The notes: generated by a model not told the origin, from the letters alone. 64,000 nt of DNA from Escherichia coli (GCF_013122565.1 NZ_CP053258.1); one strand, 5' to 3'; positions 22,361-34,279 are shown, counted from the stretch's first letter. Made by a program: numbers and translations.

Positions 22361-22550
22361 GCTTTTTTTTGCCTGTTATTTACCCTGTAAAAAAATATGT
22401 ACATGAGAAATTACTATAAAAATTTGTAATATTAGTAAAACTCGTTATTTTTATGCATGTTTATATTCATCATACAATTATATAACCATTTCCCGGTATC
22501 GCTTTGCTTTAGCGAGAACTGGTCTTTTATTCGCACTCAGGAGTACATGT

Positions 22551-23312
22551 ATGAGGATTTGCAGCGACCAACCTTGTATTGTTTTATTGACTGAAAAAGA
22601 TGTCTGGATAAGGGTGAATGGGAAAGAACCTATTAGCCTTAAAGCTAACCACATGGCGTTATTAAATTGTGAAAATAATATTATCGACGTCTCCTCTCTT
22701 AACAACACTTTGGTTGCTCATATTAGTCACGACATCATCAAAGATTACCTCCGATTTCTGAATAAAGATCTCTCGCAAATACCAGTATGGCAACGTAGCG
22801 CTACGCCCATACTCACCCTGCCATGCCTGACGCCAGACGTCTTTCGCGTTGCCGCGCAACATAGCATGATGCCCGCAGAAACAGAGTCAGAAAAGGAACG
22901 AACACGCGCATTATTATTCACTGTGCTATCCCGTTTTCTCGACAGTAAAAAATTCCTTTCATTAATGATGTATATGTTACGTAATTGTGTAAGTGACAGC
23001 GTTTATCAAATTATTGAAAGCGATATCCACAAAGACTGGAATCTTAGTATGGTAGCCAGTTGTTTATGTCTTAGCCCAAGTCTGTTAAAGAAAAAGCTGA
23101 AAAGCGAAAACACCAGTTATAGCCAAATAATCACCACCTGCCGCATGCGTTATGCCGTAAATGAATTAATGATGGACGGTAAAAATATCTCTCAGGTATC
23201 ACAGTCCTGCGGCTACAACAGTACGTCGTACTTTATTTCTGTCTTTAAAGACTTCTACGGTATGACGCCGCTGCATTATGTTAGTCAGCACAGAGAACGC
23301 ACTGTCGCCTGA
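22551..23312 (+). CDS. adiY: AraC-family regulator of the adi system
   Basis: 253 aa; AraC-type HTH at the C-terminus; between adiA and adiC. Confidence 0.85.
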   Translation: MRICSDQPCIVLLTEKDVWIRVNGKEPISLKANHMALLNCENNIIDVSSLNNTLVAHISHDIIKDYLRFLNKDLSQIPVWQRSATPILTLPCLTPDVFRVAAQHSMMPAETESEKERTRALLFTVLSRFLDSKKFLSLMMYMLRNCVSDSVYQIIESDIHKDWNLSMVASCLCLSPSLLKKKLKSENTSYSQIITTCRMRYAVNELMMDGKNISQVSQSCGYNSTSYFISVFKDFYGMTPLHYVSQHRERTVA

Positions 23313-23448
23313 TTTTTAACCTTAACGAAGAGCTATATTAATAACGGCATCAGCGATAACCCGGTCGATAATAATTCAACTATCGAATGCAGGCGTATGA
23401 TATGACGTAATTTATTGTCACGAAGCTCGCCTTCGCAGGAGTTTAATT

Positions 23449-24786
23449 ATGTCTTCGGATGCTGATGCTCACAAAGTGGGCTTAATCCCCGTCACCCTGA
23501 TGGTGTCGGGGAATATTATGGGGTCAGGTGTTTTTCTGTTACCTGCAAACCTGGCCTCCACTGGCGGGATTGCCATTTATGGATGGTTGGTGACGATTAT
23601 CGGTGCGCTGGGGCTCTCGATGGTATACGCCAAAATGTCGTTCCTCGACCCAAGTCCTGGTGGTTCTTACGCTTACGCCCGCCGCTGCTTTGGCCCGTTT
23701 CTCGGTTATCAAACCAACGTCCTCTACTGGCTGGCCTGCTGGATCGGCAATATCGCCATGGTGGTCATTGGCGTAGGATATTTAAGTTACTTCTTCCCGA
23801 TTCTGAAAGATCCATTGGTATTAACCATCACCTGCGTCGTGGTGCTGTGGATCTTCGTCCTGCTGAACATTGTCGGTCCGAAAATGATCACCCGTGTGCA
23901 GGCAGTTGCCACCGTGCTGGCGCTGATCCCCATCGTCGGGATTGCCGTATTTGGCTGGTTCTGGTTCCGGGGTGAAACCTATATGGCGGCATGGAACGTC
24001 AGCGGCCTGGGCACCTTCGGTGCAATTCAAAGTACCCTTAACGTTACGCTGTGGTCGTTCATCGGTGTGGAAAGTGCCTCCGTTGCCGCAGGTGTGGTGA
24101 AAAACCCGAAACGCAATGTCCCTATCGCCACCATTGGTGGGGTATTGATTGCCGCCGTTTGCTATGTACTTTCTACCACCGCGATTATGGGGATGATCCC
24201 TAATGCCGCACTGCGCGTTTCTGCTTCGCCATTCGGTGATGCCGCACGGATGGCGTTGGGTGACACCGCTGGGGCCATTGTTTCCTTCTGCGCAGCTGCG
24301 GGTTGCTTAGGTTCACTGGGCGGCTGGACGTTGCTGGCGGGTCAAACGGCGAAAGCCGCTGCCGATGACGGACTGTTCCCACCGATTTTTGCCCGTGTAA
24401 ATAAAGCGGGTACGCCAGTGGCGGGGCTGATTATCGTCGGTATTTTGATGACCATCTTCCAGCTCAGCAGCATTTCACCAAACGCGACCAAAGAGTTCGG
24501 TCTGGTTTCTTCCGTCTCGGTCATCTTTACACTGGTGCCATATCTTTACACCTGTGCGGCGTTACTGCTGCTCGGCCACGGTCACTTTGGTAAAGCACGC
24601 CCGGCATATCTGGCTGTTACTACCATTGCCTTCCTCTACTGCATTTGGGCCGTGGTGGGGTCCGGGGCGAAAGAGGTTATGTGGTCATTTGTCACCCTGA
24701 TGGTCATCACCGCCATGTATGCGCTGAATTACAACCGGCTACATAAAAACCCGTATCCCTTAGATGCACCAATAAGCAAAGATTAA
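23449..24786 (+). CDS. adiC: Arginine/agmatine antiporter (APC family)
   Basis: 445 aa; paralogous in fold to CadB (shared N-terminal GSG motifs). Confidence 0.9.
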
Positions 24787-24810
24787 TTCCCCTTAATCCA
24801 GCAAACATAA

Positions 24811-24850
24811 AAGCCAACCTTAAGAACTTAAGGTTGGCTTAATTTTGCTT
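24811..24850 (+). terminator. Rho-independent terminator after adiC
   Basis: 14 bp stem (aagccaaccttaag / cttaaggttggctt) followed by aattttgcttt. Confidence 0.65.
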
Positions 24851-24889
24851 TGCGAGCATATGCGCACTTTGTTCGATGGAAACACCGTG

Positions 24890-26533
24890 ATGTTGAAGCG
24901 CCTACTAAAAAGACCCTCTTTGAATTTACTCGCCTGGCTATTGTTGGCCGCTTTTTATATCTCTATCTGCCTGAATATTGCCTTTTTTAAACAGGTGTTG
25001 CAGGCGCTGCCGCTGGATTCGCTGCATAACGTACTGGTTTTCTTGTCGATGCCGGTCGTCGCTTTCAGCGTGATTAATATTGTCCTGACACTAAGCTCTT
25101 TCTTATGGCTTAATCGACCGCTGGCCTGCCTGTTTATTCTGGTCGGCGCAGCTGCACAATATTTCATAATGACTTACGGCATCGTCATCGACCGCTCGAT
25201 GATTGCCAATATTATTGATACCACTCCGGCAGAAAGTTATGCGCTGATGACGCCGCAAATGTTATTAACGCTGGGATTCAGCGGCGTGCTTGCTGCGCTG
25301 ATTGCCTGCTGGATAAAAATCAAACCTGCCACCTCGCGTCTGCGCAGTGTTCTTTTCCGTGGAGCCAATATTCTGGTTTCTGTACTGCTGATTTTGCTGG
25401 TCGCCGCACTGTTTTATAAAGACTACGCCTCGTTGTTCCGCAATAACAAAGAGCTGGTGAAATCCTTAAGCCCCTCTAACAGCATTGTTGCCAGCTGGTC
25501 ATGGTACTCCCATCAGCGACTGGCAAATCTGCCGCTGGTGCGAATTGGTGAAGACGCGCACCGCAACCCGTTAATGCAGAACGAAAAACGTAAAAATTTG
25601 ACCATCCTGATTGTCGGCGAAACCTCGCGGGCGGAGAACTTCTCCCTCAACGGCTACCCGCGTGAAACTAACCCGCGGCTGGCGAAAGATAACGTGGTCT
25701 ATTTCCCTAATACCGCATCTTGCGGCACGGCAACGGCAGTTTCAGTACCGTGCATGTTCTCGGATATGCCGCGTGAGCATTACAAAGAAGAGCTGGCACA
25801 GCACCAGGAAGGCGTGCTGGATATCATTCAGCGAGCGGGCATCAACGTGCTGTGGAATGACAACGATGGCGGCTGTAAAGGTGCCTGCGACCGCGTGCCT
25901 CACCAGAACGTCACCGCGCTGAATCTGCCTGGTCAGTGCATCAACGGCGAATGCTATGACGAAGTGCTGTTCCACGGGCTGGAAGAGTACATCAATAACC
26001 TGCAGGGTGATGGCGTGATTGTCTTACACACCATCGGCAGCCACGGTCCGACCTATTACAACCGCTATCCGCCGCAGTTCAGGAAATTTACCCCAACCTG
26101 CGACACCAATGAGATCCAGACCTGTACCAAAGAGCAACTGGTGAACACTTACGACAACACGCTGGTTTACGTCGACTATATTGTTGATAAAGCGATTAAT
26201 CTGCTGAAAGAACATCAGGATAAATTTACCACCAGCCTGGTTTATCTTTCTGACCACGGTGAATCGTTAGGTGAAAATGGCATCTATCTGCACGGTCTGC
26301 CTTATGCCATCGCCCCGGATAGCCAAAAACAGGTGCCGATGCTGCTGTGGCTGTCGGAGGATTATCAAAAACGGTATCAGGTTGACCAGAACTGCCTGCA
26401 AAAACAGGCGCAAACGCAACACTATTCACAAGACAATTTATTCTCCACGCTATTGGGATTAACTGGCGTTGAGACGAAGTATTACCAGGCTGCGGATGAT
26501 ATTCTGCAAACTTGCAGGAGAGTGAGTGAATGA
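24890..26533 (+). CDS. eptA: Lipid A phosphoethanolamine transferase
   Basis: ORF 24845..26533 opens on TTG; start placed at the ATG ([11 protein letters not shown]) giving 547 aa; N-terminal TM bundle plus periplasmic sulfatase-like domain; stop overlaps basR. Confidence 0.85.
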   Translation: MLKRLLKRPSLNLLAWLLLAAFYISICLNIAFFKQVLQALPLDSLHNVLVFLSMPVVAFSVINIVLTLSSFLWLNRPLACLFILVGAAAQYFIMTYGIVIDRSMIANIIDTTPAESYALMTPQMLLTLGFSGVLAALIACWIKIKPATSRLRSVLFRGANILVSVLLILLVAALFYKDYASLFRNNKELVKSLSPSNSIVASWSWYSHQRLANLPLVRIGEDAHRNPLMQNEKRKNLTILIVGETSRAENFSLNGYPRETNPRLAKDNVVYFPNTASCGTATAVSVPCMFSDMPREHYKEELAQHQEGVLDIIQRAGINVLWNDNDGGCKGACDRVPHQNVTALNLPGQCINGECYDEVLFHGLEEYINNLQGDGVIVLHTIGSHGPTYYNRYPPQFRKFTPTCDTNEIQTCTKEQLVNTYDNTLVYVDYIVDKAINLLKEHQDKFTTSLVYLSDHGESLGENGIYLHGLPYAIAPDSQKQVPMLLWLSEDYQKRYQVDQNCLQKQAQTQHYSQDNLFSTLLGLTGVETKYYQAADDILQTCRRVSE

Positions 26534-27198
26534 AAATTCTGATTGTTGAAGACGATACGCTGTTATTGCAGGGACTGATTCTGGCGGCGCAAACCGAAGG
26601 CTACGCGTGCGATGGCGTGACAACCGCGCGGATGGCGGAACAAAGCCTTGAGGCCGGTCATTACAGCCTGGTAGTACTGGATTTAGGGTTACCCGACGAA
26701 GATGGACTGCATTTTCTCGCCCGTATCCGGCAGAAAAAATACACCCTGCCGGTACTAATCCTCACCGCTCGCGATACGCTGACCGACAAAATCGCCGGAC
26801 TGGATGTCGGTGCCGACGACTATCTGGTGAAGCCTTTTGCGCTGGAAGAGTTACACGCCCGTATCCGCGCCCTGCTACGACGCCATAATAATCAGGGCGA
26901 AAGTGAGCTGATTGTTGGCAATCTGACGCTTAATATGGGTCGCCGTCAGGTATGGATGGGCGGTGAAGAGTTGATTCTGACGCCCAAAGAATATGCTCTG
27001 CTGTCACGGTTAATGCTCAAAGCAGGCAGTCCGGTGCATCGGGAAATTCTCTACAACGACATCTATAACTGGGACAATGAACCCTCGACCAACACCCTGG
27101 AAGTGCATATCCACAATCTGCGCGACAAAGTGGGCAAAGCCCGTATCCGCACCGTGCGCGGATTTGGCTATATGCTGGTCGCGAATGAGGAAAACTAA
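26530..27198 (+). CDS. basR: OmpR-family response regulator BasR/PmrA
   Basis: 222 aa; receiver plus winged-helix domains; 4 bp overlap with eptA. Confidence 0.9.
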   Translation: MKILIVEDDTLLLQGLILAAQTEGYACDGVTTARMAEQSLEAGHYSLVVLDLGLPDEDGLHFLARIRQKKYTLPVLILTARDTLTDKIAGLDVGADDYLVKPFALEELHARIRALLRRHNNQGESELIVGNLTLNMGRRQVWMGGEELILTPKEYALLSRLMLKAGSPVHREILYNDIYNWDNEPSTNTLEVHIHNLRDKVGKARIRTVRGFGYMLVANEEN

Positions 27199-27207
27199 TT
27201 GAATCTG

Positions 27208-28299
27208 ATGCGTTTTCTGCGCCGACCAATATCGCTGCGCCAACGGCTGATATTGACCATCGGGGCCATTTTGTTGGTGTTTGAGCTGATCAGCGTCTTC
27301 TGGCTATGGCATGAAAGTACCGAGCAGATTCAGCTGTTTGAGCAGGCGCTACGCGACAATCGCAACAACGATCGCCACATCATGCGTGAGATCCGCGAGG
27401 CGGTCGCCAGCCTGATCGTCCCCGGCGTCTTTATGGTCAGCCTGACGCTATTTATCTGCTATCAGGCGGTACGCCGCATCACCCGCCCGCTGGCGGAGCT
27501 GCAAAAAGAGCTGGAAGCGCGCACCGCCGACAACTTAACGCCCATTGCCATTCACAGCGCCACCCTCGAAATCGAAGCGGTGGTTTCGGCGTTGAACGAT
27601 CTGGTCAGTCGCCTGACCAGCACGCTGGATAACGAAAGGTTGTTTACCGCTGACGTCGCGCACGAACTGCGAACGCCACTGGCGGGGGTGCGTTTGCATC
27701 TGGAACTGCTGGCGAAAACGCATCACATTGATGTAGCACCGTTAGTGGCACGGCTTGATCAGATGATGGAGAGCGTCTCCCAGCTGCTGCAACTGGCGCG
27801 TGCCGGACAGTCATTTTCTTCCGGTAATTATCAACATGTAAAACTGCTGGAAGATGTCATTCTCCCCTCGTATGACGAACTCAGTACCATGCTCGACCAG
27901 CGCCAGCAAACCCTGCTATTGCCAGAGAGCGCCGCCGACATCACCGTTCAGGGTGATGCAACCCTGCTGCGGATGTTATTGCGAAACCTGGTAGAAAACG
28001 CCCATCGTTACAGCCCGCAAGGCAGCAACATTATGATTAAGCTGCAAGAAGATGGCGGAGCGGTCATGGCTGTTGAAGATGAAGGTCCGGGTATTGATGA
28101 GAGTAAATGCGGGGAGTTGAGTAAAGCATTTGTACGTATGGACAGCCGTTATGGCGGGATTGGTCTGGGGTTAAGTATTGTCAGCCGCATTACACAGTTG
28201 CATCACGGGCAGTTTTTCCTGCAAAACCGGCAAGAGACTTCCGGCACGCGGGCCTGGGTACGGCTGAAGAAAGATCAAAACGTGACAAACCAGATATAA
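27208..28299 (+). CDS. basS: Sensor histidine kinase BasS/PmrB
   Basis: ORF 27199..28299 opens on TTG; ATG at 27208 (MRFLRRP) gives 363 aa; two TM segments, HAMP, H-box (AHELRTP), ATPase domain. Confidence 0.85.
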   Translation: MRFLRRPISLRQRLILTIGAILLVFELISVFWLWHESTEQIQLFEQALRDNRNNDRHIMREIREAVASLIVPGVFMVSLTLFICYQAVRRITRPLAELQKELEARTADNLTPIAIHSATLEIEAVVSALNDLVSRLTSTLDNERLFTADVAHELRTPLAGVRLHLELLAKTHHIDVAPLVARLDQMMESVSQLLQLARAGQSFSSGNYQHVKLLEDVILPSYDELSTMLDQRQQTLLLPESAADITVQGDATLLRMLLRNLVENAHRYSPQGSNIMIKLQEDGGAVMAVEDEGPGIDESKCGELSKAFVRMDSRYGGIGLGLSIVSRITQLHHGQFFLQNRQETSGTRAWVRLKKDQNVTNQI

Positions 28300-28435
28300 A
28301 GAAAGCTGCTGACCACCAGCACGCTGAACACGGTAGTTAAACTTTCATAAACACGGTTTTTCATTGCACTCTCCTCCGTTAACCTGGAGGAGAGTATGCG
28401 CGTCAGAGATTAAGTGAACCTTAAGAGTTCAATTG

Positions 28436-28462
28436 GCCTGATAAGACAGCGTCACATCAGGC
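28436..28462. repeat. REP-type palindromic element between the convergent basS and proP genes
   Basis: gcctgataagacagcgtcacatcaggc, imperfect palindrome of the REP class seen elsewhere in the window. Confidence 0.55.
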
Positions 28463-28475
28463 CATCCGTTTCAGC

Positions 28476-29978
28476 TTATTCATCAATTCGCGGATGTTGC
28501 TGCACCAGGCGGGTACGTTTCGCCTGCAAATCGGCAATCTCGTGGTCAATATTATCGATTTTCTGCTCGATATTATCGTAATGCTCGACGAGAATTTCCT
28601 TCGCTTCCTGTATATCTGACGCCGCCGGTGTCGCACCTTTCAACGGACGATTTGCCGTCTCTTTCATGGTTACGCCGGTGATTAAACCAACCATCGCCAC
28701 TACCATCAGGTAATAGGCTGGCATCATCAGATTCTGCGAGCTTTCGACCAGCCAGGCCGCCAGTGTTGGCGTCAGACCGGCAACCAGCACCGAAATATTA
28801 AATGCCGCCGCCAGCGCGCTGTAACGGATATGCGTCGGGAACATCGCTGGCAAGGTAGAAGCCATAACGCCCGTAAAGCAGTTAAGGATCACCGCCAGCA
28901 TCAGTAACCCGGCAAAAATCAGGCCGATGACGTTACTGTTAATCAGAATAAACGCCGGGATCGCCAACACAAACAGGGCAACACTACCAAGTAGCACAAA
29001 CGGACGACGGCCAAAACGGTCACTCAGCAAGCCCATCACCGGCTGGACAAACAGCATACCGATCATAATGGCGATAATAATCAGCACCCCGTGGTCTTCG
29101 GAGTAATGCAGGTTATGCGACAAATAACTCGGCATATAGGTCAGCAACATGTAGTAAGTCACGTTGGTGGCAATTACCAGACCAATACATGTCAACAGGC
29201 TGCGCCAGTATTTAGTGGCAATCTCTTTAAACGAGACTTTCGGGCCATCCTGCAAACCTTCGCGGTCGCCCTGTTCCAGTTTATCAACATGCTGCTGGAA
29301 CGCTGGAGTTTCTTCCAGCGCATGGCGCAGGTAAAGCCCGATAATCCCTAACGGCAGAGCGATAAAGAACGGAATACGCCAGCCCCAGTCGAGGAAGTTC
29401 GCTTCGCCGACAATGGTCGAAATTAACACCACCACGCCTGCACCCAGCACAAACCCGGCAATAGAACCGAAGTCCAGCCAGCTGCCCATAAAGCCACGTT
29501 TACGGTCAGGGGAGTATTCCGCAACAAATATCGACGCCCCGGTATATTCACCGCCGACCGAGAAACCTTGTGCCATCTTACAGATCAACAGCAGAATCGG
29601 TGCCCAAATACCAATCGTGTCGTAGGACGGTATTAAGCCAATACAGAACGTACTGATCGACATAATCACAATAGTGATAGCCAGGATCTTCTGGCGACCA
29701 TATTTATCGCCCAACATACCAAAGAAGAGTCCACCAAGCGGTCGAATCAGAAAGGGAACGGAGAACGTGGCAAGTGCAGCAACCATCTGCACGCTGGGGT
29801 CAGCCCCCGGGAAAAAAACTTTACCTAATGCGTAAGCAACAAAACCATAAACACCAAAATCGAACCATTCCATTGCATTACCCAGTGATGCTGCGGTAAT
29901 GGCTTTACGCAGTTTACCGTCATTAATAATGGTGACATCACGAAGGGTAATCGGTTTTACTTTTTTCCTTTTCAGCAT
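28476..29978 (-). CDS. proP: Proline/glycine betaine:proton symporter (osmosensing MFS transporter)
   Basis: ORF 28476..30011; start at MLKRKKVKPITL gives 500 aa; MFS fold with C-terminal coiled-coil tail (IEQKIDNIDHEIADLQAKRTRL). Confidence 0.9.
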   Translation of the reverse strand: MLKRKKVKPITLRDVTIINDGKLRKAITAASLGNAMEWFDFGVYGFVAYALGKVFFPGADPSVQMVAALATFSVPFLIRPLGGLFFGMLGDKYGRQKILAITIVIMSISTFCIGLIPSYDTIGIWAPILLLICKMAQGFSVGGEYTGASIFVAEYSPDRKRGFMGSWLDFGSIAGFVLGAGVVVLISTIVGEANFLDWGWRIPFFIALPLGIIGLYLRHALEETPAFQQHVDKLEQGDREGLQDGPKVSFKEIATKYWRSLLTCIGLVIATNVTYYMLLTYMPSYLSHNLHYSEDHGVLIIIAIMIGMLFVQPVMGLLSDRFGRRPFVLLGSVALFVLAIPAFILINSNVIGLIFAGLLMLAVILNCFTGVMASTLPAMFPTHIRYSALAAAFNISVLVAGLTPTLAAWLVESSQNLMMPAYYLMVVAMVGLITGVTMKETANRPLKGATPAASDIQEAKEILVEHYDNIEQKIDNIDHEIADLQAKRTRLVQQHPRIDE

Positions 29979-30241
29979 AGCTTTCCTCGCAGAGTTGGCC
30001 CATTTCCGCAAACGCCAGAAAAATCAGCGCGACGGCCGCAAAAGGGGAGCGGGAATTGCAGGATGCAATCTCTGTAACAAGCGTAGCGGGTTTGCTTACA
30101 CTCTCCGGTTAAGGAATGTCCAATCAAACCAGTTGACGCCTGAATTGGGCAGTTAATGACCTTTTTACCCTACCAGTGTTTAAATTTGTGATCAACTTCA
30201 CATATGGATTTCGTTTAGGACTCATTGATGTAACTGATTAT

Positions 30242-31120
30242 TTACGCCAAATTTACAGAGAAGATTTCCTCGACCATTGCCCCCACCAGACGCTGCGCTG
30301 AACAGAGTCGTGGCATCCCCAGCGCGACAGTTTGCCAACGTTGGGTCACTGACCAGCTAACGGGTTGTTTATCTGCCGTGGTCCACTTTCCCAGCCAACT
30401 TAAAAAATCAGCATGATCCCCGCCCGTCGGAACGGTCGAAGAGGCAAACCACTGATGGTAATAGTGACGCGTGGTCGGGGCCGCATTGATACTCTCTGCC
30501 AGATGTTGTGTCGCTTTCACGCGCAAATCACCCAGCAACAACGCCACCGCTTGCGGGCCTCCCAGACGGCAGGCATCGCCAAATGCCCCCCAACGCAACT
30601 CTTCGAGAACGATAAAACAGCGCCCAGGCAACGACCAGGCGTTATACGCCCCAGCACGCCAGCGGGTAAAAATTTGCTCGCTCTGTTCACCCGCCTGCAC
30701 CAGTAGGCCTCGTTGCGTTAACGCCTTTTCCTTCCAGCGACAACGGGCTGAAAACCACTCATACAAGGCAGCAATTTGCTGAGGGAGCTCCGGGAAAGCA
30801 GAGTGCTGGCGGTGATCCATTTTTTGCAGCAGCGCCAGATGCTGCGCGATCTGCGTCAGTGCCAGATGACCGGGATCCAGCATCGACGCCAGTTTTTCCA
30901 CCAATGTCAAACGCAGGCTAAGCGGCGCATTTAACATGCCGCCGTTCGTCCATGTCTGAAGCTGCACGCGCGCAAGAAGTTCCTGCATCAGTCGTTCACG
31001 AAACTGCTGCTGATGGGCTTGTGGAAGGCGGGCATCATCGCCCTGCGCCAGATCCACTAAAAAGCGCGGATGAACCGACTCCAGCACGCGACCGGGGCCG
31101 TCCAGTAACGTCTTGGTCAA
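30242..31120 (-). CDS. yjcZ: Conserved protein YjcZ
   Basis: 292 aa; 4 bp overlap with the upstream crfC gene, so probably co-transcribed. Confidence 0.75.
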   Translation of the reverse strand: MTKTLLDGPGRVLESVHPRFLVDLAQGDDARLPQAHQQQFRERLMQELLARVQLQTWTNGGMLNAPLSLRLTLVEKLASMLDPGHLALTQIAQHLALLQKMDHRQHSAFPELPQQIAALYEWFSARCRWKEKALTQRGLLVQAGEQSEQIFTRWRAGAYNAWSLPGRCFIVLEELRWGAFGDACRLGGPQAVALLLGDLRVKATQHLAESINAAPTTRHYYHQWFASSTVPTGGDHADFLSWLGKWTTADKQPVSWSVTQRWQTVALGMPRLCSAQRLVGAMVEEIFSVNLA

Positions 31121-33345
31121 TATCGTTCTGCCGTGAAAAGTGTTTGAATATCATCGCGTAACAACTGAGCGTCGGTGTAAATCCAGCCGTGAGTCATCAC
31201 AGTCTGCTGCAATTGCTGCTGCATCAACCTGACCACCGATTCATTTTGTTGACGCAGAGCCAGACTTTCGCGTAAACGCGTCTGTAATTCCGTCAAACAT
31301 GAAGCGAACTCAGCGAAAAAAGTATTCATGCCTGCCGTAACAGATTCATCGACCTGCTCTGCCAGAACTTTAGCCATTTGTTGGCAATAAAGATCGACTT
31401 CTGCGCTTAATGCTCGTTGCAACACACTGTAATCAACCGTTTCTGTCGGGGATTTCTCATTTCCCCGTCCCCAGTCGGGCTGATTCAACCAGCGCGAAAA
31501 AGTCTCACGCACAACGCCTAAACGCGTGCTCTGCTCGTCCGTTGCTTCCTGGCGCGAAATGACTTCACTGAACAGCTGGCGAGTGTTGAAGTGGGGAACT
31601 GCGCCGTGAAAAACAGGAAAATGAAACCCAGGACGAAACCCTGACTCGCTCAATTCCATTTTGACTTGTTGTTCAATGGGGCGAATAACATCGGTTAACA
31701 CCCGGCAAAGAGTGGATTCAAGCTCGGCAAAACGCAGCGTAAAGTCGCGACTGATGGTGTTCTGCGCCGTCTGTAACAGTGTCTCACAGCGGGTACGAAT
31801 CTCGCTTAACGGCTCCGAATCATCCTGAAACAAGGCGGCTAACTGCGCATTCAGCGCATCTTGCTGTTGACGCAGAAAGTGGTTGGCCGAGGTCAGGGCC
31901 AGCTCGATTTCATGTTTAATCTCGCCGCTCACCTGCGCCTGATTGAGTTGCAATAGCTGCAAACTTTCTTCGACCTGATGGATATTTTGCCGCAATTGTT
32001 CGCAAGCGACGTTTAACCCGTGCGCACGAAAATCCAGGTATTCCCGCGCCTGCTGCGCGTAATTCAACAGTTTATGCGCGGCAGATCGCAGAGCACACAA
32101 CGAGGCGTTAGCGTAAGCGGCATGAAGCAACGCCTGAATTGGCTTGGCGAACAGCGAATCTTCCCACAACTGATCGGCAGCATGATGAATATGTTCGAGG
32201 TCCGCCAGATCGGCATGACGCCAGCGCCTGCCGAGCGCGGCATGGGCAAAATCTTCCACCCAGCGTTGTTGCTCTGGCGGTGGTAACTTACCGTTGTTGG
32301 CTAACTCATGGCGCGCCCGATTCGCCAGGTAGCCCCACATCGACGACACCGGAAATATCTGCTGTGGCGTAATACAGCCTTTCATCAGCGTCCCGGAAAT
32401 CAGTGCCCGCACCTGGTCGGCGTCGTCACTGTTACGATCCTGTTGATCGAACTTATTGACCAGCACATACAGCGGCACCGATTGCCCCACCGCCAAAATC
32501 GCCTCACGGACCTCTTCATCGGAGATCGATTTCAGTTGCGTATAATCCAGCACCGCCAGTACCGCCGAGGCGCGTGCCAGCTGCTGGTTAAGCATTTTTT
32601 GCAGATGCGGTTGCCCGGCTTCATTTGGCCCGGGGGTATCCAGTAACGTCAATTGACCGGGATAACTCTCCAGCCCCGCCAGATGGACAAACTCCACTTC
32701 AATCACGGGAATATGCTCAATGGCGGCGTAAGCAGAAAAAGGAAAATCGACGTCCAGCGCCTTCGCCAGTCGCACCAAATCATTCAAACTTTTCAGACAA
32801 TGAAAAATAGGCTGGGCACCCAGATAATATTTTTCGAAAGCGACGCCATTTTCGATCCGCTGCATAAGCGCACGCATATCTTTATCTATTTCCAGCACAT
32901 CGGTCAGATGCTTAATATCGCAATCACGCAGACGCTGTTGTAATTTTTGAATTAAACAATCGATTGGCGCGACATGTGAAAAATGCAGTACCGGTTCCTT
33001 TTGCCCGGGCGTATGGCGAATAAGCGTCGGCAGCGCAGTCATTGGGCGATTGCGATTAGGCAGAACCTCCGTACCAACAATGGCATTAATGGTGGTTGAT
33101 TTCCCTGCTTTCATGGTACCGACAATTGCCAGCACCATTTCCAGTCGGGAAATTTTACGCAACTCATTATTCAGCATCGCGTGACGCTCGGCGATATTAG
33201 GCTGACTCCAGGGTAAAGCCAGTTGTGGCGCATCGTCTCCGGGTACAGAGAGAGGCATTTTTTCCAGTAACTGCAACTGTTGGCGAGAAAGCTGTAACAG
33301 CCGTTCAGCCTCCTGACTTAACTCATACAGGGTCTGTGTGTACAT
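31117..33345 (-). CDS. crfC: Dynamin-like GTPase CrfC (YjdA)
   Basis: 742 aa; N-terminal P-loop GTPase (GTMKAGKST) followed by long coiled-coil regions. Confidence 0.8.
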   Translation of the reverse strand: MYTQTLYELSQEAERLLQLSRQQLQLLEKMPLSVPGDDAPQLALPWSQPNIAERHAMLNNELRKISRLEMVLAIVGTMKAGKSTTINAIVGTEVLPNRNRPMTALPTLIRHTPGQKEPVLHFSHVAPIDCLIQKLQQRLRDCDIKHLTDVLEIDKDMRALMQRIENGVAFEKYYLGAQPIFHCLKSLNDLVRLAKALDVDFPFSAYAAIEHIPVIEVEFVHLAGLESYPGQLTLLDTPGPNEAGQPHLQKMLNQQLARASAVLAVLDYTQLKSISDEEVREAILAVGQSVPLYVLVNKFDQQDRNSDDADQVRALISGTLMKGCITPQQIFPVSSMWGYLANRARHELANNGKLPPPEQQRWVEDFAHAALGRRWRHADLADLEHIHHAADQLWEDSLFAKPIQALLHAAYANASLCALRSAAHKLLNYAQQAREYLDFRAHGLNVACEQLRQNIHQVEESLQLLQLNQAQVSGEIKHEIELALTSANHFLRQQQDALNAQLAALFQDDSEPLSEIRTRCETLLQTAQNTISRDFTLRFAELESTLCRVLTDVIRPIEQQVKMELSESGFRPGFHFPVFHGAVPHFNTRQLFSEVISRQEATDEQSTRLGVVRETFSRWLNQPDWGRGNEKSPTETVDYSVLQRALSAEVDLYCQQMAKVLAEQVDESVTAGMNTFFAEFASCLTELQTRLRESLALRQQNESVVRLMQQQLQQTVMTHGWIYTDAQLLRDDIQTLFTAERY

Positions 33346-33651
33346 AGAAAATTCTTCCTTAAAGCAAATTTTGTTACTTTTATTTAGCCAGATTGTTTTT
33401 GAGTTCTGTTTTCGGCTTTTATAATTACTGCAAGAAATAATTTTATATTTAGCGTATTGTTTTTTATTAGAATAAATAACGTCTTCCGATACGTTTAAAA
33501 CGTCAGAAAGATAAAAATATCACGTGAATTAAAAAAAGAACAAGTAGAGCATTAACCTTATCTTAAATAATAAATAGAGGCAAAAAGATTATTTTCTTTT
33601 TGCGTTTTCTTTCAAATGAAAACGATCGTCGTCTAAAATCAGCAGTACCCC

Positions 33652-33679
33652 CGACAAACTCAGGGATTTTGTGTATAAT
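33652..33679 (+). promoter_or_regulatory. Candidate sigma70 promoter for phnA with an extended -10
   Basis: tgtgTATAAT extended -10 at about 33670..33679, with a weak -35-like cgacaa 16 bp upstream; about 70 bp before the phnA ATG. Confidence 0.4.
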
Positions 33680-33746
33680 TGCGGCCTTTTTCGGCAATCT
33701 GCCGTTTTTTGGCGCTTTTGCCCTGCTGACTTTTGAGGAAATCCAC

Positions 33747-34082
33747 ATGTCATTACCACACTGCCCAAAATGCAACTCCGAATACACCTACGAAGATAAC
33801 GGCATGTACATCTGCCCGGAATGTGCCTACGAATGGAACGACGCAGAACCTGCACAGGAAAGCGACAAGCTGATCGTTAAAGATGCTAACGGCAATCTGC
33901 TGGCTGACGGCGACAGCGTTACCATCATTAAAGATCTGAAGGTGAAGGGTAGCTCTTCGATGCTGAAAATTGGCACCAAAGTGAAAAACATCCGCCTGGT
34001 TGAAGGCGACCATAACATCGATTGCAAAATCGACGGTTTTGGTCCGATGAAACTAAAATCTGAGTTTGTGAAAAAGAACTGA
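33747..34082 (+). CDS. phnA: PhnA-family zinc-ribbon protein
   Basis: ORF 33600..34082; start at [13 protein letters not shown] gives 111 aa; CPKC...CPEC zinc-ribbon. Confidence 0.8.
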   Translation: MSLPHCPKCNSEYTYEDNGMYICPECAYEWNDAEPAQESDKLIVKDANGNLLADGDSVTIIKDLKVKGSSSMLKIGTKVKNIRLVEGDHNIDCKIDGFGPMKLKSEFVKKN

Positions 34083-34097
34083 TTGTATTGTGATCGG

Positions 34098-34279
<182 letters not shown>

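Noticed and set aside
28368-28396. Hairpin (actctcctcc / ggaggagagt) between basS and proP as a terminator
   Set aside because: No adjacent T-tract on either strand; it may be a structural element or a weak terminator, but the evidence is insufficient to call.
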